Part shown: in pieces, positions 49,041-61,459 of the stretch | Numbering within the stretch: position 1 is the first letter of the stretch | Layout of the letters: each line of letters opens with the position of its first letter | Origin: Dicyema japonicum | Lineage: Eukaryota; Animalia; Dicyemida | Length of the DNA stretch: 64,000 nucleotides | Reading direction: 5' to 3' | NCBI GenBank assembly: GCA_011109175.1 | Contig: RDEW01000010.1 | Span: 958,796 to 1,022,795 of the forward strand | Translations under genes and position numbers: made by a program | Notes under the pieces: generated by a model | Told to the model about the DNA's origin: nothing | The model's input: only the letters and a program-made list of their open reading frames with translations | Database searches by the model: none

Positions 49041-50100
49041 ATCTTGGTTTATCTCCGGAAGACAGAAGCTGTTTGATGCCCATGTTGCGTTTTTCTCTAA
49101 AATAACTGTGTCCATATGCTATACACCATTTCTGCTTTTAGGCATTCAGTAATCAACTGGAGGAACCAAAATTTATTTTATTACTTTAATTTTCTGTTTA
49201 GTTAGTAATTCCACTCCGCTTCTACAGATATCAACAGCTGTAGCCTCGTAACGCCAATGTTCGTGGTGTGCTATGAGGCTTCTTTATTAAAGATTTTTTG
49301 TTCGTTTCTTATGTTCCTCCTCTTCTCTTTTAATATAATTGAATCATATTATCTACCTGTCTCAGGTGGCGCCCAGTGCCCGGTTGACAAAAAAAAGATT
49401 GCCCCCACTAAACTGGAGAAGTTCTCATGATCGCAAGGAATGGATGTATTCCACCTCGTGGTAACGTTCGAATCATGCATATAAACCATGTGAATAAGTC
49501 TAAAAGTAAGATTTTTGTTTTAAAATCAAAAATTCATAGTTCTTAAAAATTATTTAAAACATCTAAAATTGTGGTTTTAGTCAAAATAATAAAATGAAGT
49601 TATAAAGTCAAAAAATCAAAAATTTCGTGTAGTGTAAAATTTGATTAAAATTTTTAAATAAAATATCTGTTAATTGTTATGGCTCATGATAGCAGAATGT
49701 TCATCCATCACCAGTCACCTTTCTGAGGAGGTGACGCTGAGACATGGCCAAGGTTTCTTATGTTTCTCCAAGGAACTAGGAATCCAATTCAGAGAGAGGG
49801 TGGCTCATCCTGAAAAATTCGGATCTACCATAAAAATGCTCTCCGATAGAATTCTTTTGCTGACTAAGAAGGCACTTCCGGACGACAGCTGGGTCGCTGG
49901 CGAAACATTAAGGAGTGTTCGAGAGATGTTGGCGACTGGAATTACCCAATTAGTGGGTTTAACCTTTCTTTCTTGGTGGTCTTGGAGTTTAAATAAAAAA
50001 ATAAATTGTTATTTACTGTAATGTCATTATCGATCAAGAGGGTCACTGAAAGGTATCTCCAGTAATTTCGTTATCGATCAAGGGTCACTGGTCTATACAG

Positions 50101-50190
50101 AAGCATCGTAGATGCGTGGAACCTTCCACCGAATGGACAGTGCGAGATTCGAACTGGGGACCTCCTTGTGTTTAGTCCGGAACTTAACAA
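50101..50190 (-). mobile_element. Second, partial copy of the tRNA-derived SINE
   Basis: Exact 21-mer shared with 5368-5388; B box AGTTCGAATC on the minus strand. Confidence 0.65.
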
Positions 50191-50222
50191 AACCGGAATT
50201 TTAAACTGAAATCAGTGAACTA

Positions 50223-50600
50223 CATTATTATTATAAAGCACTCACGAGAAAAAACAAAATTAGTTAAGTTCCCCCGACCGAGATACGATCATAATCTAAT
50301 GTTGCGCGCTAGTTTTCTTTGGTTGTCCAGGTCGTCCACCAATTCCATTATAATGTCAGCTGCTGCCCACACTCTTGTAACACAGTGAATCAGGTCCTAA
50401 TGGACTGCAAATCTGAGACCATATTGTCGGCAGGCCGATGAGAGGATAAAAAGGTGGAATTTGCCAAACAGTTCTATACATTGTGCCGTCGTTATGTCTC
50501 TTGTATTTTGTTGGATCGCATGCCAGTTGGTGTTTCTTGTAATGTTGTTTAAGTCCTCTGCAATTAGAAGATCCCAGAGTGAACGGAGAAGTCGGTAAGG
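50223..50600 (-). mobile_element. RTE-like element reduced to its APE start fused to its 3' tail
   Basis: GSSNCRGL..KKHQLA..YGLRFAV, then GRPGQP and tail CTCGTGAGTGCTTTATAATAATAAT. Confidence 0.6.
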
Positions 50601-50869
50601 AATATAATAAGACATAGTGTAATAGAGGCGTCGTCACCACCTCACCAAACATTATTCTGTATCTTAATAAAGATTTTGGTTAGTTTTTTATATTAAAAAA
50701 TTTATGATTTTAATTTAATTTTATTGAACCAAAAAATGATAAATTTGTTATAGTCAAAAAATCAAAGTTTTGAATTTAAAACTCAAAAAAATTCTCTACC
50801 TATTAGTTAAAGTGACTTAGTGATTCATATACGGTTTATTGATACTAAGTTAGTTAGTTTAGTAACCTT

Positions 50870-51130
50870 GGCATCACTAACTTGTATGGACCGGCGACTA
50901 TTAATTAGGACGCAGCAAATGCCGGTCGTTACTGGAAACTATTTGGTCACATTCTAAGAATGGAGCGAGATACGTCAGCGAATATCATCATGGAAGAATT
51001 CTTTGAAACATCTCGGAAAAAGTTCAGAGGCTATCCGCGCAGAACGCTTCCATAGTCCTTAATGGGAGTTTGAGACCAGTAACAGATCACGGTGAAAACC
51101 TAAGCAGTCCGAGGAGTCTGGCATCTATAA
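50870..51130 (+). mobile_element. RTE-like 3' fragment
   Basis: WKLFGHILRM..SANIIMEEFF..KFRGYPRRTLP. Confidence 0.65.
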
Positions 51131-51209
51131 TATTTGACATTAAACAACGTTAAAAACCTTGTTAATTTAATATTTTTGCGTTGTGAGTTTTGAATTTTTC
51201 ACGAGTGGG

Positions 51210-52060
51210 TCTATAGCTGTTACCCATTCTTTTGTGGAAGGGTTTCACTTCACTACTTACCTCTTTTAACAAAGTACATGAGACTTGGAGTTCGATCGAA
51301 GAAGAAAAAGTTTTCCCTCAAAGAAGTTTTCGTTCTAAGCTAATCGAAGGTGGAAGAGATATGTTTGCTCGAGCCCGAGCTGCCATCTAGGCACTTTCTT
51401 CTACAAATGGACCGCTCCAAAAAACTATCTACACCTACAACATTTTATTAAACAAGCATTCACCACCTTCTCACAATCTACGCCCTGTCACTTTTCTCAC
51501 CAAAGTGAGTCCTCTGACATCATCAGGTGATGAGATACTTTTTCCAATGCGGAATTTACACTCAGAAGTGGCGATCTTTACATAATGAGACCTGGCCGTC
51601 TGCCTTGTAAATTGTGAAAATCACTAGACTCTTCCTATTGCCCCTCAACTTATGGAATCAAGAAAATGCAGTTTTTGGAAAGTCAAATATTTGAAGAGTG
51701 AAATTGTCCCCACCGATGTCGTCAATTCCACTCTGGATGTGTTTGATGATCTCATCTTCGCGTCTGTTACTCATGTAGACTTGGTTAATCAGTTTAGAAG
51801 GCTCTTGAATTTTTAATTGGTTTCCTTAGAATACTTCTGGTCAACTTTGGGGACGAAAGATAATTGGGTCGTAGAGATCTACTCGATGATGACTTCAAGG
51901 ATCAATCTATTCATTCCACCAAGAGACAATTTTGGTTCCTGGTGACGAGTTCTGGAGATCCCTAAAAACATCCTCTGGATCACTATGATTGGGTGAAGGT
52001 TCTGCTGGAATGCGTAAGGATCAAGGAATTAGAAGGGTTTTACCCTTGGTCATTGGAATA
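51210..52060 (+). pseudogene. Intron-containing gene with a PH-like C-terminus
   Basis: 22-nt intron GTGAGT..CAG at 51505-51526; C-terminal IWFLVTSS....DWVKVLLEC is typical of the PH last strand and helix; stops present. Confidence 0.4.
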
Positions 52061-52141
52061 ATTTAATTAATTAAAGGATGCACACTAGGAGAAATGAGGT
52101 GGTCGCTAAAAGAGGCTCTTTCTTAATTAATAGTGATTCTT

Positions 52142-52615
52142 TTTTTTTAAACACGTTTTATTTAACAATAAAATATTATTTATTAACAATAACGGGGAAG
52201 AGCGGCTGCTGACATTACGGAGTAAGTGTTTCCGCGGACAACTGCAATCCCAATTCGTTGCCCCAGCCAGACCGCTTTCCGCACGTCTTTCCTACGGTGG
52301 GCCAATTTTCCTCCGATTTCCTTTAGGAAAGAGGCTGTGATACTTCCCGCATTACAAGACGTTTCGATTGCCACTGGTACAAAACGAAAGCGGTCTCCAA
52401 TTTCGCCATATTTTTTAATCTTGATTTTCTCGCCAAATCGGCTGCCGATCCACAGACTACACCGAGCTGAGTATCATCGAGAACGAGAAAGAATCCACAA
52501 CAGTGCAGTCTCATACGAGCGATTTTTCCTTAGTGAACGGAAAGGTTGTTAGCCCATCCGGTCTTTTCTCGTCTCCGAGGTACAATCCCCACGGGCTCGG
52601 TCTTTAAATAAAATA
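52142..52615 (-). mobile_element. 5'-truncated CRE copy, same subfamily as 35840-38877
   Basis: High similarity to 38430-38870; TSD AATAGTGATTCTT (52129-52141) / AATAGTGATACTT (52616-52628). Confidence 0.9.
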
Positions 52616-52639
52616 AATAGTGATACTTGGTCTTCAGAT

Positions 52640-52830
52640 AAAATAAACCTTCAAAGACACCCCCGCAACCGGAGTTGGTATCGACAAGGGCGGTGTCGTC
52701 ATTAACTGATTAGGCCTTCACTTTTGTCGAGAAGATCGGAAATCAGAGAATCTGTATTCTGTTACTATCAGGGGAAATGCGTTCTCAATTATAAGAGCAG
52801 TCAGTAGTTGTTAAATTGTTTTTTTCGTTA
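52640..52830 (+). mobile_element. Degenerate CRE 3' end
   Basis: TIRGNAFSIIRAVSSC*, matching the end of the 1020-2400 copy. Confidence 0.55.
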
Positions 52831-53499
52831 AATAATTATCTTAGTTAAAAAAGTCGACTATACTATTCGACCATCGAATGAATAATATGTGTTTGTTTGG
52901 TGGTTACTTCACCTTGTTCCACCCATGGGAGATGATCACAGTCGAAATTCCTTTAAATTTTAGACTGGAAAAAGAATCAATCAAGTTGTTCTCTGAGATG
53001 AACGTTTCCAATAATTCCTTTGAGCCCCAGATTTTGGAATGGGGAGTAGAACCTGAAACGTTAGTATATCCTGAGTCCAGCATTTCGCCCATTGGTGCAT
53101 GAAATGGACAAGTGCTCCACCCAATGCGGTAGAGACAATTTAGTCAGCTCAAATTTCAAGGCACGTGCTAAAACTCGAAAAATAGACATCAACCAAATTA
53201 AATCCGTATTTACTAATCAATGTGATATACACGATGCACGTGGGATTAAAAACATCTCTGTTATTCAAGGATTGTAATCAGGACTGCTATATTATAAATC
53301 TTCCGTAATCACCACCAATGGAATCTCCTGGGGATCCAAGGGTGTTAAACCATTTCCGAAATTGGAAGAGAATTGTAAACTAAGAATGTCTACATGATTA
53401 ATCATATGAGTACTCATTTCAACTCCCACATTTTAAAGTAAAAGTTAAGTTGGGGACTTTGTTACGTTTAGAGAGAGACTGGGAGTGATGAATAAAGTT

Positions 53500-54570
53500 G
53501 TTAAAATGAGGACTTTGTGGAATATGTTCATCACTTTAAAAATACCATAATGAGGAAATTTTCTTTCAGATTTCAATCGTCTCACGATCATTTTATGAGA
53601 ACCCTTTCTAGTGATGCTGACGACTTATTTTTCGGTTCGGCGCTGGAATTCGTTTGTACTCATGGTTTTAAGATCCCTTATTCTTATGAACATATTTCGA
53701 CTTGATTTTCTTCTTTTTCGTCCACCTGCCAAACATTATTGCTTACACTAAAAATATACCCCGCAGCATCTCCTAATGACTTCCCGTCTGAAATTGCAGT
53801 ATAAAATATAAAGAACGTCAGATATAAGTAAAATGTGATCAACATATCATACTGAGTTTTATCGGGGTTTACGGTAAACTGTCTTTCGGGTCTCCATGAA
53901 TATAACTTTGTTCTGTTAAGTCCTGAGCTTAGATTAATTTTCGACCAAGTGACCTCGAGTGTTGATTTTAGAGCAAATGCTACTAAAAAGCTCAAATATA
54001 AGAGAAAACCCGACAAAACAAGCTAAAATATATTTTCTGGGTACATTTACGTGGAAACTGGAGTTTACACCCAAGACTGAAAAAGACGGATTCTGTTAAT
54101 AAGCCAAATCGGATATTAAGGTCACTCATTACAGGCTGGCATTGTCTACTTTGAGGTCAAGAAGACTTCTTCAAAAAAATGTGGAAGTTAATCATGGAGT
54201 ATTTGGAAAGAATTGTACATTGGTGAGATGACTTATACAGGAGATCAATTCTGATTAAGATTGCTTCAATAGTTATTCTGGTCTACACGTTCTTCGTTCT
54301 GGCAACATGCAAACAAAATATCAATGTCATGTGAGTTATGATGGTTGTTACCCTCTGAATATACAATCGAGGTAATCTCGTAGTGCTAGGGGACGTACTG
54401 TTCTGAGAACTTCTACAGTTTGATTATCACTAATTTCCTGATTGCTGGAGTGGTGATATTTTACAACCATTTTGTGATGTTTTAGTCCAAGCTAGATTTA
54501 GTTTCCTGGGGAAGTTCTAAATCTCATTTCGACTTCCAAGTTTTCACTTTTGAATGCAATTTTTGAGTTT
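53500..54570 (+). pseudogene. TMC (transmembrane channel-like) family gene, disrupted
   Basis: LFFGS..GFKIPYSY (compare LFYG..Y.LPLAY); LIKIASIVILVYTFF; C*GTYCSENFYSLIITNF (compare CWETxVGQExYxLxIxDF); WG..HFDF; all in the order expected for TMC. Confidence 0.55.
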
Positions 54571-56049
54571 TTATATGTCCAAGTCAATACCTAATTATTT
54601 GTCTTTTTATTTGAGTATTGGAAGTTTGTTCTCCTTCTTCGTGATCTTTCTTGCGGACTTCGGTTCTTAACGTTTTATATTAAAATTATTTTTTCACAAA
54701 AAAGCTCATATATGGTACTAAATATAGTGGGGATTATCTTTAAGTTATTTCCTTCTCTCTTTTGCTTGAATTGATCTCAACATGTCTAGGTTCTGTGATT
54801 CTAAAATCCAGTAATACCCCCTTTAAGGCTTGTGGCCCTTTAGACGCTATAAAATACGGTTCTCGGTTATAGAAGTGAATATCAGTGAATCAAGCCAGAT
54901 TAAGACCATAGTAGTCTTAAATTAAAATTAAATTCCAAAGACCAAGGATAATCAAACTAACTAACTCCTTGATCCAGACTCGTTCCAATTCCAGAACTTG
55001 TCTCCAGGTAACGAAGTTGTCCCCGGAAAAGAATTGTTGGATCCTCTTGATGGCGGCCAAGCATTGGTCACCTCCTCAGTAAAGTGGATCCAGTGACGCC
55101 ATCGGAAGAAAAGAAAATAATTTTGACAAACTATCCACGTAGCACCACATTGCTCCACGCGATGTTGATAATTTAGCTTCGCTTTTTTATCAGGAAAAGT
55201 AAAAAAGGATCGAATCTTGAATATTTGACTAAATTTTTATTAACAATTAAATCACATTATTAAAGAATTTTATTTTAGTTTTTAAACATGTCTCCTAAGA
55301 TCGAGTAGTTTTCATGTTGGTCATCTGCTCGTAAATAAACTGTCTACGTTGTCTAGCGAATAAACTACATTTCTTTCCCTTATAAGTAACTACCAAATAG
55401 TGTGCCTGGTAGTGATTACAAGACGAGTGTCAAACTATTGGTCCCATATTTTTTAATCAGGTGTTGTGATGTTGAACCTATCCCTGCACCAGAGTCATTT
55501 AAGTTAAAGTTGAGGATAGTCCTGTTTAACAGCAATGATCGTATCCTCAAGCATTCTAGGATATCTATATTCATCTAGTCCATAGAGAAATTGAGCCTTC
55601 TTAGGAATTTATTTCCAGAAAAAACTGCTTCCGGCATTTTTTCATTAAAAACACAACTTCATAAAAGCGCTCTTTGGACAATACAGAAGATTTATCTCAT
55701 CAACATTAGGTTTCATATATATTCAGTCTCTTGAACTAATCATTAGTTCATGCCAGACTTGTCTGACTTTCTTCAATTTTATGCAAGTCGAGGTACGAAC
55801 GCGAGATATAGTGCATCCAAGACCATTTCGCCTATTTTCAAGAGAAGACTACGATTGCGTGAATAGGATGCTGACTTGTTGTATTTTGTGGAGACTTCTT
55901 GAGTGGTGTAAAGGGACATTCTTCAAGTAATTATATTTTTGGTGACGTGGCTACTTGAGTAGAGTCGTCAAGTAGTTTATTATACAGATTGTCTTCATCC
56001 CATCAAAGGTTTTCATGGCTAAATGTTCCGTCTGATGACATGGATCTAA

Positions 56050-56595
56050 CAGTTTTGGGTTCGAATCAGAAAGACGGAATTTTGTCAAGAATAAAGTGTT
56101 ATCTGCGACGGTTGGACGTGTGATGAAAATAGAAGAGGGCGAACCTACTAATTCACCTCTCTTCTATAGCGGAAATATACTTAACGGCGACCTCCAAAAA
56201 GAAAGGATACATCTCAGAGAGAACTTAGATGGACTACGGGATTTTGACTCATTAGGAACAAGTGGAGGAGGTGGACCTTAGTTTCTCGGGTTGCACATGA
56301 CCTCACAGGCCACTATATGGATTTACACAAGTATCTATGGAGGATTAAACAATCGTCTCCCCTACTGTGCCCATCATGTTTTCTTGACGACCAGAAGAAC
56401 TCTTCTCTTGTACGGGTCAGCCTCTGAGTTCTGCACATAACCAAATACACCTGTCGGATCTCTCAGAGCGTCCGCTCTTGGCTATGAAGTTCTTGTTAGC
56501 CACCGGTTTCTTTCACTCGAAGGTACCGGGGGTAAATAAATATCACCTCACAAACGTCAAGCCTTTAACAAGGTCATGACAACAACTAACCAACT
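56050..56595 (+). mobile_element. I-group-like LINE 3' end
   Basis: TGHYMDLHKYLWRI...LCPSC knuckle; (CAA)-like tail about 56578-56595. Confidence 0.5.
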
Positions 56596-56734
56596 ATCAC
56601 TTTCAATTTGTATCACTTTTTTCACAATAGTATAGAGAACGACTTTCCTTTCAACAAAATATGAATTTGGAAAATATATATTTTCTGGGAGATCGAAATC
56701 TACAGTTTTGGAAATGTTCGTTAATCGTTGAATT

Positions 56735-57547
56735 TTTTTTTAATATTTAAACAATAGAAGTCAGGTAGTTGCCGCCCTCACTGCGTGGCTGTTCCCTCTC
56801 AAAATTGCGAGCGAAATTCGCTCAAATAGCCAGCGGCGTTCACGGAGATCTCCAGTGCATGAGGTGATCCGGTTTCCAAGACGTCCGAAAAACTCGAGTG
56901 TAGAGGGGGAGTAGGATCCGGAAGTCTCCATAGCAAGGGGAACAAATTTGACATCATCGGGAAGGTCGACGTATTTAACGAGTTTGGCCTTCTCCGCCTT
57001 TACGGATGCTGAACAGGCCCTTGTAGCACTCTCGTGAAGATTTTTCTGGGCGAACGTGTCTGTACATGTCACATCCCAAACCAGTGGTTTCCCGGCCTCA
57101 AATGGAAATATGGTCATCCCGTCCGGTCGTTTCCCGTCACTTCTGCATAACCCGACCGGTTCAAGAATGGCCGAGTATCCAGCAGCATCCATAGCTCGCC
57201 TGACAATTTCATTCAGAGCCTTGTGCCTTGGGGATCTGCCAGCGCTCCTCCTGCAGGCGAGAGGGTGCAGGCCATAGCAGTCTATCAGGATGCCACATCG
57301 GCACGGGTGAGGTACACATACTTTTAGTCCCAGCCGCAGAGAGATACCAGTTCTAACGCATTCATCATCCAGAAAAGTGCCCAAAGCTCCATTGGGGATG
57401 GCGTTTAGCCAAGCTCCGCTCTCAGGGGAAGCCCCCGAAAGCAAACAAGCGCGTCGGTGCTGATTGGCAGATTCCAGTAGGAGTCCAAATGATTTCCAGC
57501 ATAATAAGTTGTCCAGGTTTCGCTGGCGATCTTGGGAAAGAGGCATT
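56735..57547 (-). mobile_element. 5'-truncated CRE copy with an uninterrupted 261-aa REL frame
   Basis: ORF 56761-57546 with CRCG..H..AC, KRPDG, LVWDVTC, AILRGN; TSD AT(C/T)GTTGAATT ending at 56734 and 57555. Confidence 0.9.
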
Positions 57548-57629
57548 GTTGAATTATATTAGCGAATCATCAAAGCAGGATAAAAGTTTATCTTTGAGTA
57601 ATGATAAGTGAAATATATAAATCTTCAAA

Positions 57630-57880
57630 TTAATGTTAAAAATTTTATACAAAGTCCTGCAAAGAATTGTGTCCACAATGGTTATCTTTATGCATCTCTG
57701 GCAATTATCTCCATCTTGTGATTATGTTTGGAATCTTCAAGATAGAGCTTTCCGTCTATCAGAAGGAAGTTTTCAGCATTCTTTTTTAAGTTTATACTTC
57801 CTATCTGATGATACCTCAATTTCTTGTAATTCGAATATCCATTTTAGCATGTTATCATTCCGTTGTTAGTTATGATCGAT
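57630..57880 (-). mobile_element. Integrase N-terminal (HHCC-type) fragment
   Basis: AENFLLIDGKLY ... MHKDNHCGHNSL. Confidence 0.5.
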
Positions 57881-59139
57881 TTATTAGACATCAAAACGAT
57901 TTGCTACTTTTTTGATTTTATTGTCAAAAAGTTCAAAATTTTACCAGGAACCGATGAAATGTGAGGAAAAGGTTCAATCCTTGCAGTTGTTGGAATCTCA
58001 ATTAGAGTGATAAAATATCCTTTTTCACTCCATTCTATCACTGAAGACACTTGAGACAATTTGATCACCTGCCCCCATTCTAGTAGAACAAGAGAAGAGG
58101 TGGATTAAATCATTAAGTAGTCACATGACACAATTCTCGCAGTTGAGACTTACACTTGCCCTCATTATAATCTTTAATGCCTTCTAGCAATTGTTATTGG
58201 AGGTCACTGATATGACAATGCCTAGTGGCCCTGTAGATCCAAGCATCTTATTTTTTTCCATAGTTAATTGATTTTGATCGAATTTTTCTGATTTGCAGGT
58301 TTTTGAGTGTAACTTTCTGACGAAGCTATCCAAGTAATCCCTTATAAGATCTTTAACTTATTTACTCCCCGATCAATTTCCCTGTGAGAACAAGGTATAT
58401 TTAATTTTCTAAACTGACCTAAATATTATTGATATAATAATTATTACAAAGTAGAACGGCCAATTTGCTGGTAAGCTAGTTGGTTGGCCAGATTGGTAGA
58501 GATTCGATATTCTCCGCCATAAATAAATGGCAACTACCAATCGAATTTTTAGTTGAACAGTTTTTAAAAGCAAAAAATGTAATATTTAATATCGATTAAA
58601 AAATTTCTAGTCTTAATTTTAAAGCATATGACCCAATTATATTTTTACTCAACCACTTGAAGTTTTTTTACCGATTCAATCAATGCTAAAGATATCTAGA
58701 AATTGGTTCAAAGTTGATGAAAGAACTTAACATTTCTCCTGAATCCTCATACACTATCAAAATAAAAACGCAGTCAAGGACTTTCTTCTCTTGTAGCTAA
58801 CCAGTCCTGTACAATGGGGACACGTACGACCCAAGATTAACAATTAGGCTAGCGATGATACTAAATGAATGGTTAATGATAATTTACGACAGCTGCTCTG
58901 ATTTTCTAATTATATGCGAAATCATCTATTGCTGTATTCATCATATGGATTAGATTCGATAATGGAAGATGTTGTGTTATTTGTAAATAAGGAGGACGAG
59001 AAGACATGCCTAATGTTAAAGTAGTTAGGAGATGCAATTTTGACTGTTTTAATGGAAAATGCTATATTTACGACGCAGAGCAGCAAAATTATGAAAATGC
59101 CAAAAAGTTTTGATACAAAATTGGTGGAGACATAGCAAA

Positions 59140-59515
59140 TACTAAATACCGATTCTATATATAAAAAACTTCAGCTTACATGAGACCTGGAATGAGATAA
59201 GCTTTCCATGTGTTGTCTATCGGAAACTAAAATAGAAGACAACGGAACACTGCAAATAGGAAATTACTGTCTGATTACCTTCCCAACAACCTGTAGTCAA
59301 TATGGACTTTGATTTGCAATCCATCCAACAATTTACGATCGCATATACCGGGTGTGGTCCGTCTCGGATAGAATAGTTGTGCTACAAATTAAATGGGGAA
59401 CCAGCTTGGAAGAAAACAAATTAATGGCTACAAATTAAAGGATGTGTGGTAAGATACTGAACGTGGCAAAAGGAAAATAATTAATTTATTATTTTCCGAG
59501 AGTGCTTATTAATAA
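59140..59515 (+). mobile_element. RTE-like APE 5' fragment and tail remnant
   Basis: CCLSETK..QYGL*FAIH..VWSVSDRIVVL; tail CCGAGAGTGCTTATTAATAAT. Confidence 0.65.
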
Positions 59516-59699
59516 TTTATTGCTGCCGAACTGCGCTGCTATTAAGCTCTTGTTAGACACCGCTATTCAAATGGATATTTTTTCCGCGATTTGAAAGCTT
59601 TTTGTAATTGAACAAAGATAAGTGAGAAATGTCCAATTCTCAAATTTCCTGAGTTTTTAGAAGTATTTTTACTTTTCTTAAACACGGAAAATCAGGAAT

Positions 59700-60920
59700 A
59701 AAAGATTAGAGTGATACGAGAGGTGACTAAAAATAATCCATTTTAATGATTAGTTGATAGAATACAGATTTAACAAGTAAAACGTTGAAGACTGGACGAT
59801 AAAACAGGTAGAAGTGATTCCGAAAAAATAGTTTGACTAATATCTTCTCACTTTGCTAAATATTAACATGAAACATACTTCTTTGGATTTATTGTGTGAA
59901 TTTTCGATGGAAACAAATTGGGTTAGAATGATGGTTTCTTTACTTTTAATAGGTGATTGTTGGGGTTCTATGGTAGAATCATTTATTCCACCTTGGTGGT
60001 GCGTGAGTTCAGCTCTTCATATGGTTTTTCTATTTACCAGCAGAATAACTATGTTCCGTTGAGGGAGGTGAGCTTTGAGCTCGATTTCCTGCTCATTGTC
60101 AATAATAACGACGTAATAAAGCTCAGTGCATAAAAGCTCTACTTTTCCTTGAGTTCCTTTTCCAGCAAAAAATAGGTACCCGTGGTTATCATAGTTCCCA
60201 ACCATTCATAGTCTATAAGATTGGATAAACGACTAGTTACTAATTCTTGACGTTAAAGTATTCCAAAAGAACAAATATAGGTGTACCACCTGCTTTTAGA
60301 CCAAATAAATCTTTTTCGACAAATAAATAGGATTTTTGGAATTCCATTGCTCATTTCTGGAGAAAAAATTTGTATGCCTGAGCGCGCCATGTGATGTCAT
60401 GTGGCAATTTCATTGAAGATTAATCTTTTTTCCTTCTAGTGGCGTCATCGGATCCACTTTACTCAGGAGACATCCGAGTCTGGTACTTATTCTTGATATG
60501 AGACAAAGGGTGTGTCTTTCCTATGCTGAGCTATAAATATTGTGGCTTTTGTGAAAGGCTGTTAGAAGACAGACACATTCAGGCGAACTGTAAATTATTT
60601 TACGGCTATTATTCCAAACAATCCATACATGTCCACCACTTAAGGGATTCTTTAGTAAGTGATTTGTATATCTTTCCCATTGGAGACCATTGGAAAGGAC
60701 AGCTCTGGAGTTCTTCTTCTAAGCCTACAGCCAAGACCACCCATGTATGCAAATCCTTTAAGAAGAGAAAAATTATGCCAACGAGTGCAATCATCCATCC
60801 CTTAGTAATGATGTCATCCATCTACTTACAGCACCAATAATAGGGGTCGTCTGAAACAGATACACAATTATTTTCTACGAGAACCATCAGAATGCGGTGA
60901 TAATAAAATACCTCCAATAG
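59700..60920 (-). pseudogene. Unidentified gene fragment(s)
   Basis: Short open frames 60017-60205 and 60609-60821 and a GTAAGT..TAAG candidate intron near 60801-60829. Confidence 0.25.
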
Positions 60921-61459
60921 ACCAATCGGAATTAATTAAAAATTTATTAAATTCACAAATAAAATTATTGAACGAGGTAGGAATTATATACCGTAATGGA
61001 TCTGAAAATCGTGGGTTCGAATCAGATAGATGGACTTTTCAGTGAAGGCCAATTCTCGTCAAGAAGATCTCACCAGTGACGCGATGAGTTCTTTTCTTAC
61101 GACACAGTTGTCGTAAGGACCTATATCGGAGAAGGGGATTGAGAACGTGATAATATGAAGATTTTTTGTTTGTTTCTTATGTTCCTCCTCTTCTCTTTAA
61201 TACCAAGGAGTTTGAATTGTCATCGTGCACCATGTGGCTCACCATCTCTGGTGGGCTAGATATAATCATAAATTATATCAGAAAAGGACCATAAGTTAAC
61301 AACCAGAAAAGTTCCCCCTGGCACTTTTTTCAAGTCCGAGCATGCGAAAATCGCTGAGGGAGGCTGAAATCACCTGAATTGTTTCATTCTGGTAATGACT
61401 GTCTTTTCTGGTTCATTGAATTTAATTTAATAGTATTTTGGACTTTCCAATCCGTATCT

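Noticed and set aside
53684-54016. 110-aa minus-strand membrane-protein ORF and adjacent 22-nt GT-AG candidate (54023-54044)
   Set aside because: The opposite strand carries ordered TMC motifs; treated as an antisense shadow, although not fully excluded
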